A program made the position numbers and the translations under genes. From assembly GCA_035499855.1 (NCBI GenBank), contig DATJXY010000027.1, positions 7,489 to 71,488 on the forward strand: a stretch of DNA of 64,000 bases, written 5' to 3'. Below are positions 59,608 through 64,000 of this stretch, piece by piece. Positions within the stretch are counted from its first letter, which is position 1; every line of letters starts with the position of its first letter. This DNA is from Puia sp. Lineage in GTDB: Bacteria; Bacteroidota; Bacteroidia; Chitinophagales; Chitinophagaceae. The notes under the pieces were generated by a model. That model had not been told where the DNA came from. It ran no database searches and saw only the letters and a program-made list of their open reading frames with translations.

Positions 59608-61698
59608 TTATTTGACTTCTTCCTTCGGAGTTGGATTGATGCTCGTTCCCGAACCGGAAGAAGTTCCATTTTCATTCATCGCTACTTTATTATGATCGTT
59701 GTGATCAGAAACATCCAAAGCTCTTTTTTCTTCATATGGTCTTTTTCCGATCAGGGACTCAACATCACTCTGGAACAACACTTCTTTTTCCAGTAGTGCT
59801 TCCGCTAATTTCTTTACTTCCTTGCTCTTTTGCGTTAGCAATTTCTTGGTATGATCATATGCCTGGTCGATCAGTTTGCGGACTTCCTCATCAATCAGTT
59901 TAGAAGTTTCTTCAGAATATGGCTTTGTAAAAGCATTTTCCTGCACGGGATCATAAAAACTCACATTACCGACTTTATCGTTCATTCCGTAGATGGTAAC
60001 CATGGAATATGCAATCTTGGTGACCTGTTGCAGATCATTCTGCGCACCAGTCGAAATTTTTCCAAAATTCAATTCTTCACTTGCCCGGCCCCCGAGGGTC
60101 ATACAGATCTGGTCAAACAATTGATCGGTATTGTAGAGATATTGCTCTTTAGGCGTGTACTGCGCATATCCCAGGGCAGCAACTCCTCTCGGGACAATTG
60201 TCACCTTTAATAACGGGTATGCATGTTCGAGAAACCACCCGCAAATAGCATGTCCTGCTTCATGATAAGCAATGATCCTCTTTTCGTCCGGAGAAATAAT
60301 TTTGTTCTTTTTTTCAAGTCCGCCGATTACTCTGTCTACGGCATCCTGAAAATCGTCCATTTCAACAGTTTCCTTGCCCTTTCTCGCAGCAATCAGGGCC
60401 GCTTCATTACATACATTGGCAATATCAGCGCCTGCGAACCCAGGAGTCTGTTCGGCTAATTTATGTATATCTAATTTGCTGGAAATTTTGATTGGTTTCA
60501 GATGGACTTTGAAAATAGCTTCCCGTCCTTTCAGATCTGGTTTGTCGATTGAGATCTGCCTGTCAAACCTTCCCGGGCGAAGCAAAGCACTATCCAATAC
60601 ATCGGGTCTGTTAGTGGCAGCCAGAATAATAATACCACTATCACCGCCAAAACCATCCATTTCGACCAATAATTGATTCAAAGTACTTTCTCTTTCATCA
60701 TTGCTCATGATAGCATTCTTGCCACGGGCGCGTCCGATTGCATCTATTTCATCAATGAAAATGATACAGGGGGCTTTCTCTCTTGCTTGTTTGAAAAGAT
60801 CACGAACACGGCTGGCACCCACTCCCACAAACAATTCAACAAAATCAGAACCACTCATAGAGAAGAAAGGAACCTGAGCTTCTCCGGCCATGGCCTTAGC
60901 CAATAAAGTTTTTCCTGTTCCCGGAGGTCCGACCAATAATGCGCCTTTTGGAATTTTTCCGCCCAGTGAAGTATATTTTTTAGGGTTTTTCAGAAAGTCA
61001 ACGATTTCCATCACTTCTACTTTCGCTTCGTCCAAACCTGCTACATCATTGAAAGTGATATTGACTTTTGTGCCCTTATCAAACAAAGTAGCTTTTGATT
61101 TTCCTATATTAAAAATGCCACCGGGTCCGCCGCTTCCACCCTGTCCACCCATTTTTCGCATGAGCATGACCCAAATCAGCAAAATGATCAGTATTGGTAA
61201 AACTATTTGTAATAATCCTGGTATCCAATCGCCTTCAGTTACCGGCGCATAAGGCACTTCCAACTGAGGGTTTTTTGCAAAAAAATCAGTGAGGCGTTTT
61301 TCGAATTCATCAATCTTGGCTACCTGGAATTCAAATTGAGGACCTTCTGGTTTTATAGGCAGGTTTTTACCTAATTTTTCTTTGTAATAAGGTTTATCCA
61401 GACTGTCCTTTTTAATATAGACTCTGACAATGTTCTTGTTGGTAACCAGCACCAGTTTGGCAACATCACCTTTTTCAAGCATATTTTCCCGGAATTCCAG
61501 TTCGGAATCCAAATGATGTGCATCGGGACTAAAACCCCAAAACTGAAAACCCAGTAATATGGCTGCAATGATTCCCCAGACCCAATAAATACTAAAGCGC
61601 GGGCCTTTCCTGGGGCCATTATTATTATCATCTCCTCCCCTTGGTCTGAACCTGGTGAAATTGGTCTTATCGTTCTGTTTCATGTTATCCTGTGGCAT
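59608..61698 (-). CDS. ftsH: ATP-dependent zinc metalloprotease FtsH
   Basis: [32 protein letters not shown]. Confidence 0.97.
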   Translation of the reverse strand: MPQDNMKQNDKTNFTRFRPRGGDDNNNGPRKGPRFSIYWVWGIIAAILLGFQFWGFSPDAHHLDSELEFRENMLEKGDVAKLVLVTNKNIVRVYIKKDSLDKPYYKEKLGKNLPIKPEGPQFEFQVAKIDEFEKRLTDFFAKNPQLEVPYAPVTEGDWIPGLLQIVLPILIILLIWVMLMRKMGGQGGSGGPGGIFNIGKSKATLFDKGTKVNITFNDVAGLDEAKVEVMEIVDFLKNPKKYTSLGGKIPKGALLVGPPGTGKTLLAKAMAGEAQVPFFSMSGSDFVELFVGVGASRVRDLFKQAREKAPCIIFIDEIDAIGRARGKNAIMSNDERESTLNQLLVEMDGFGGDSGIIILAATNRPDVLDSALLRPGRFDRQISIDKPDLKGREAIFKVHLKPIKISSKLDIHKLAEQTPGFAGADIANVCNEAALIAARKGKETVEMDDFQDAVDRVIGGLEKKNKIISPDEKRIIAYHEAGHAICGWFLEHAYPLLKVTIVPRGVAALGYAQYTPKEQYLYNTDQLFDQICMTLGGRASEELNFGKISTGAQNDLQQVTKIAYSMVTIYGMNDKVGNVSFYDPVQENAFTKPYSEETSKLIDEEVRKLIDQAYDHTKKLLTQKSKEVKKLAEALLEKEVLFQSDVESLIGKRPYEEKRALDVSDHNDHNKVAMNENGTSSGSGTSINPTPKEEVK

Positions 61699-61779
61699 GT
61701 TATATTCGTCTCCTCTGATCTATTATTTAATGTTTGGGTGATTAAAAAGTTCAAAAAAACGGGTTAAACGGTATAATTT

Positions 61780-62184
61780 CTATCCTTCATGCTCTTCTAA
61801 AATGGCATCGCTCCACATGTCCTCCAACTTATAAAAACGGCGGCTTTCAGGAAGCATTACATGAACGACGATATTTACATAATCAATCAACACCCACTGT
61901 AACGCGCGAATACCTTCATGTTTGTATGGAAACTCCTCACATTTTCTTTTCACAACCGCTTCCACGTGATCGGCAATTGCTTTTACCTGAGTATGACTGC
62001 CGGCCTCACAAATAATGAAGAAATCAGCTACGGCTTCATGTATTTTTCTGAGGTCGAGTGATACAATGTTTTCGCCTTTTTTTTCCTGGATAGTTTGTAT
62101 AATGGTTTTAAAAATCTTCGCATTCTTCGTTAACCGCGCAACTCTCTTAGGTTTCCGGGTAACCAGCATTGACAATTGTTCCAA
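61780..62184 (-). CDS. rsfS: ribosome silencing factor
   Basis: EKKGENIVSLDLR...DFFIIC...WVLIDYVNIVVHVM...FYKLEDMWSDA. Confidence 0.94.
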   Translation of the reverse strand: MEQLSMLVTRKPKRVARLTKNAKIFKTIIQTIQEKKGENIVSLDLRKIHEAVADFFIICEAGSHTQVKAIADHVEAVVKRKCEEFPYKHEGIRALQWVLIDYVNIVVHVMLPESRRFYKLEDMWSDAILEEHEG

Positions 62185-62416
62185 TAATCAAATTGTTTTA
62201 TTGATGAAATTGTTTTTCGTGTGAAGTAAGTCTTAGTTCCTGCCTGCAGCTTATTAAATCTGATTGCCCATGCAGGCATTTTATTGATTGGCCGCTTATG
62301 TTTTTCACTTTTTACTGAATATCAAAAACTATAAATTACTTGTCCTATTTTCGCACTGCTCAAAAGTAATAATCTTTTACCACATCCCACTATCAACCTT
62401 TGGGAATACCAAATAC

Positions 62417-63157
62417 ATGATCGGGCATCCTTTTATTGAGTTGCAGTCGGTGGATAGTACCAACAACTATGCCATGGCACAGGTTCATGCTGGATTGGCT
62501 TTTCACGGAACAACCTATTTTAGTTACGAACAGTTAAATGGCAGGGGTCAAAGAGGAAAATCATGGGTGACAAAACCTGGGGAAAATATTACTATGAGCA
62601 TTTTGCTCGAACCCGATTTCCTCAGGCCAATGCAACAATTTATTCTGAGTGCTTCAATAGCCCGTGGCTCTTATGATTTCCTGATAAAATATTTTCCCGA
62701 CGACTGGTATATTAAATGGCCCAATGATCTTTACTGGCGTGACAGAAAGGCAGGGGGGATCCTGATTGAAAGCATATGTAAAGGAGACAAATGGCTTTTT
62801 GCAGTTGTGGGAATGGGGATCAATATTAATCAGACACGGTTTCCCGCCGATATCAGCAGAGCTATTTCCCTTAAACAAATTACTGGAAAAACATATGAAG
62901 TAAAAAAGCTTGCAATGGAATTGTGTAACTCGATTGGCACCATATACGAGCAATTGAGAAATGAAGATTATGATAAAATAATCGAAAGTTATAATGAATG
63001 CTTATATAAACGCAATGAACTGGTCAGATTAAAAAAAGGAAATATCATATTCGAAACCACAATCAAAGAAGTCACAGCCCAGGGACAATTGATTACCGTT
63101 AACGGTATGGAAAGAAGCTTTGATTTGAGTGAAATTGAGTGGGTTTTTGATGAATGA
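62417..63157 (+). CDS. birA: biotin--[acetyl-CoA-carboxylase] ligase, no N-terminal HTH
   Basis: VDSTN, GRGQRGKSW, IKWPNDLY, KAGGILIE, GININQ. Confidence 0.92.
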   Translation: MIGHPFIELQSVDSTNNYAMAQVHAGLAFHGTTYFSYEQLNGRGQRGKSWVTKPGENITMSILLEPDFLRPMQQFILSASIARGSYDFLIKYFPDDWYIKWPNDLYWRDRKAGGILIESICKGDKWLFAVVGMGININQTRFPADISRAISLKQITGKTYEVKKLAMELCNSIGTIYEQLRNEDYDKIIESYNECLYKRNELVRLKKGNIIFETTIKEVTAQGQLITVNGMERSFDLSEIEWVFDE

Positions 63158-63158
63158 T

Positions 63159-63233
63159 TCGGGATATTAGATAGGTAATAAGAGACGGGCGATATGAATC
63201 TTATTATCCTACATCTCTCATCTCATATCCCTA
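63159..63233. repeat. periodic palindrome, heptamer type (NNNNGAT)
   Basis: CGGGAT ATTAGAT AGGTAAT AAGAGAC GGGCGAT / TCTTATT ATCCTAC ATCTCTC ATCTCAT ATCCCTA. Confidence 0.7.
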
Positions 63234-63245
63234 TCAATGATACAA

Positions 63246-63722
63246 TTATTGTTTAGATAACTCTTCCCATGTTTTTATAATCTCTTCCGCATGTTGCTTA
63301 TTCCGGGGTCTTATAAATATTTTCCGGATTGTTCCTTTTTCATCAATCAGAAAAGTAGTACGGTGAAGTCCCATATAGGTGCGTCCATATAATTTCTTCT
63401 CACCCCAAACTCCATACTGGTCGATAATCTTATGTTCGGGATCAGCAATCAGGGTAAATGGCAGACTGAATTTTTTTTCAAACTTCTGATGACTTTTCTC
63501 GGTATCCGGACTCAGGCCCAAGACAACAAAACCCTTTTTTTTAAGCAAAGGATAATTGTCACGCAGATTGCAGGCCTGAATTGTGCAGGTAGGCGTATCG
63601 TCTTCCGGATAAAAAAACAATACAACTTTTTTCCCTTTAAAATCCGAGAGCGAAATTTTTTTCCCGTTCTGATCATTCCCGGTAAAAAGTGGAGCCTGAT
63701 CGCCCTCTTGTAAAGCAGTCAT
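63246..63722 (-). CDS. bcp: thioredoxin-dependent thiol peroxidase (BCP)
   Basis: VVLFFYPEDDTPTCTIQACNLRD; YMGLHRTTFLIDEKG. Confidence 0.93.
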   Translation of the reverse strand: MTALQEGDQAPLFTGNDQNGKKISLSDFKGKKVVLFFYPEDDTPTCTIQACNLRDNYPLLKKKGFVVLGLSPDTEKSHQKFEKKFSLPFTLIADPEHKIIDQYGVWGEKKLYGRTYMGLHRTTFLIDEKGTIRKIFIRPRNKQHAEEIIKTWEELSKQ

Positions 63723-63810
63723 ACTAATGTGCGAATTTGCAAATGTGCAGATGTGCGAATTTAGACATCAAAAATATGCAAATCCGCACATTCGCAGATT
63801 TTCATCTGAT
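63721..63810. repeat. periodic palindrome, octamer type (GTGCGAAT)
   Basis: ATACTAAT GTGCGAAT TTGCAAAT GTGCAGAT GTGCGAAT / ATCCGCAC ATTCGCAG ATTTTCAT. Confidence 0.85.
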
Positions 63811-64000
63811 GAATTTAAAAGTTTTTACTGTCTTATTCCCTGCTTCATCTTCCACACTTATTTTTAGTTGGTGTTTGCCACGGGGACAATGTTCATCGAA
63901 CTTGTAAATAAATGCCTTTCCTTTATCATTTGTGAAGAGCAGCCATTTCCCGTCCAATTCTGCGCGGAAGTTTTTATACGAATCAAAATTATCTTTAATA
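63802..64000 (-). CDS. C-terminal fragment of a probable M23-family peptidase (runs off the window edge)
   Basis: Manual translation IKDNFDSYKNFRAELDGKWLLFTNDKGKAFIYKFDEHCPRGKHQLKISVEDEAGNKTVKTFKFIR*. Confidence 0.6.
   Translation of the reverse strand, partial: IKDNFDSYKNFRAELDGKWLLFTNDKGKAFIYKFDEHCPRGKHQLKISVEDEAGNKTVKTFKFIR

Noticed and set aside
62241-62278. 8-bp inverted repeat TGCCTGCA/TGCAGGCA between rsfS and birA
   Set aside because: Single short copy with a long loop; a biotin-operator role is unlikely because this BirA lacks the HTH.

Overview
A 64-kb, AT-rich chromosomal segment of a Bacteroidota bacterium, most likely Chitinophagaceae (inferred from gene order, TAnnTTTG promoters and lack of SD motifs). 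It is mostly core genome: scpA, mscL, frr, rbfA, ileS, serS, alaS, gatB, gyrB, prfA, recO, ftsH, rsfS, birA and bcp. It also holds a complete haem cluster (hemJ-hemH divergent from hemA-C-D-E-F-B-L). No prophage, transposase, tRNA, rRNA or CRISPR array was seen. The main unexplained structure is about 14 'periodic palindromes': two inverted arms, each built from tandem 7- or 8-bp units, nearly all at gene boundaries. One copy (24997-25463) spans exactly from the hemB stop to the hemL ATG and carries a decayed four-helix-bundle (23S rRNA-IVP family) gene in its loop, resembling an rRNA intervening sequence placed in an mRNA. Another copy with the same heptamer sits in frame inside hemC. I propose these are cargo-bearing and empty forms of one small mobile or RNA-processing element family (inference). 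A second candidate system is two ORF-less intergenic regions with sigma54-like promoter, UG-rich tract and intrinsic terminator; the UG tracts are complementary to typical Bacteroidota start-codon regions, suggesting antisense sRNAs. All protein identities come from motif recognition by eye; no database search was run.
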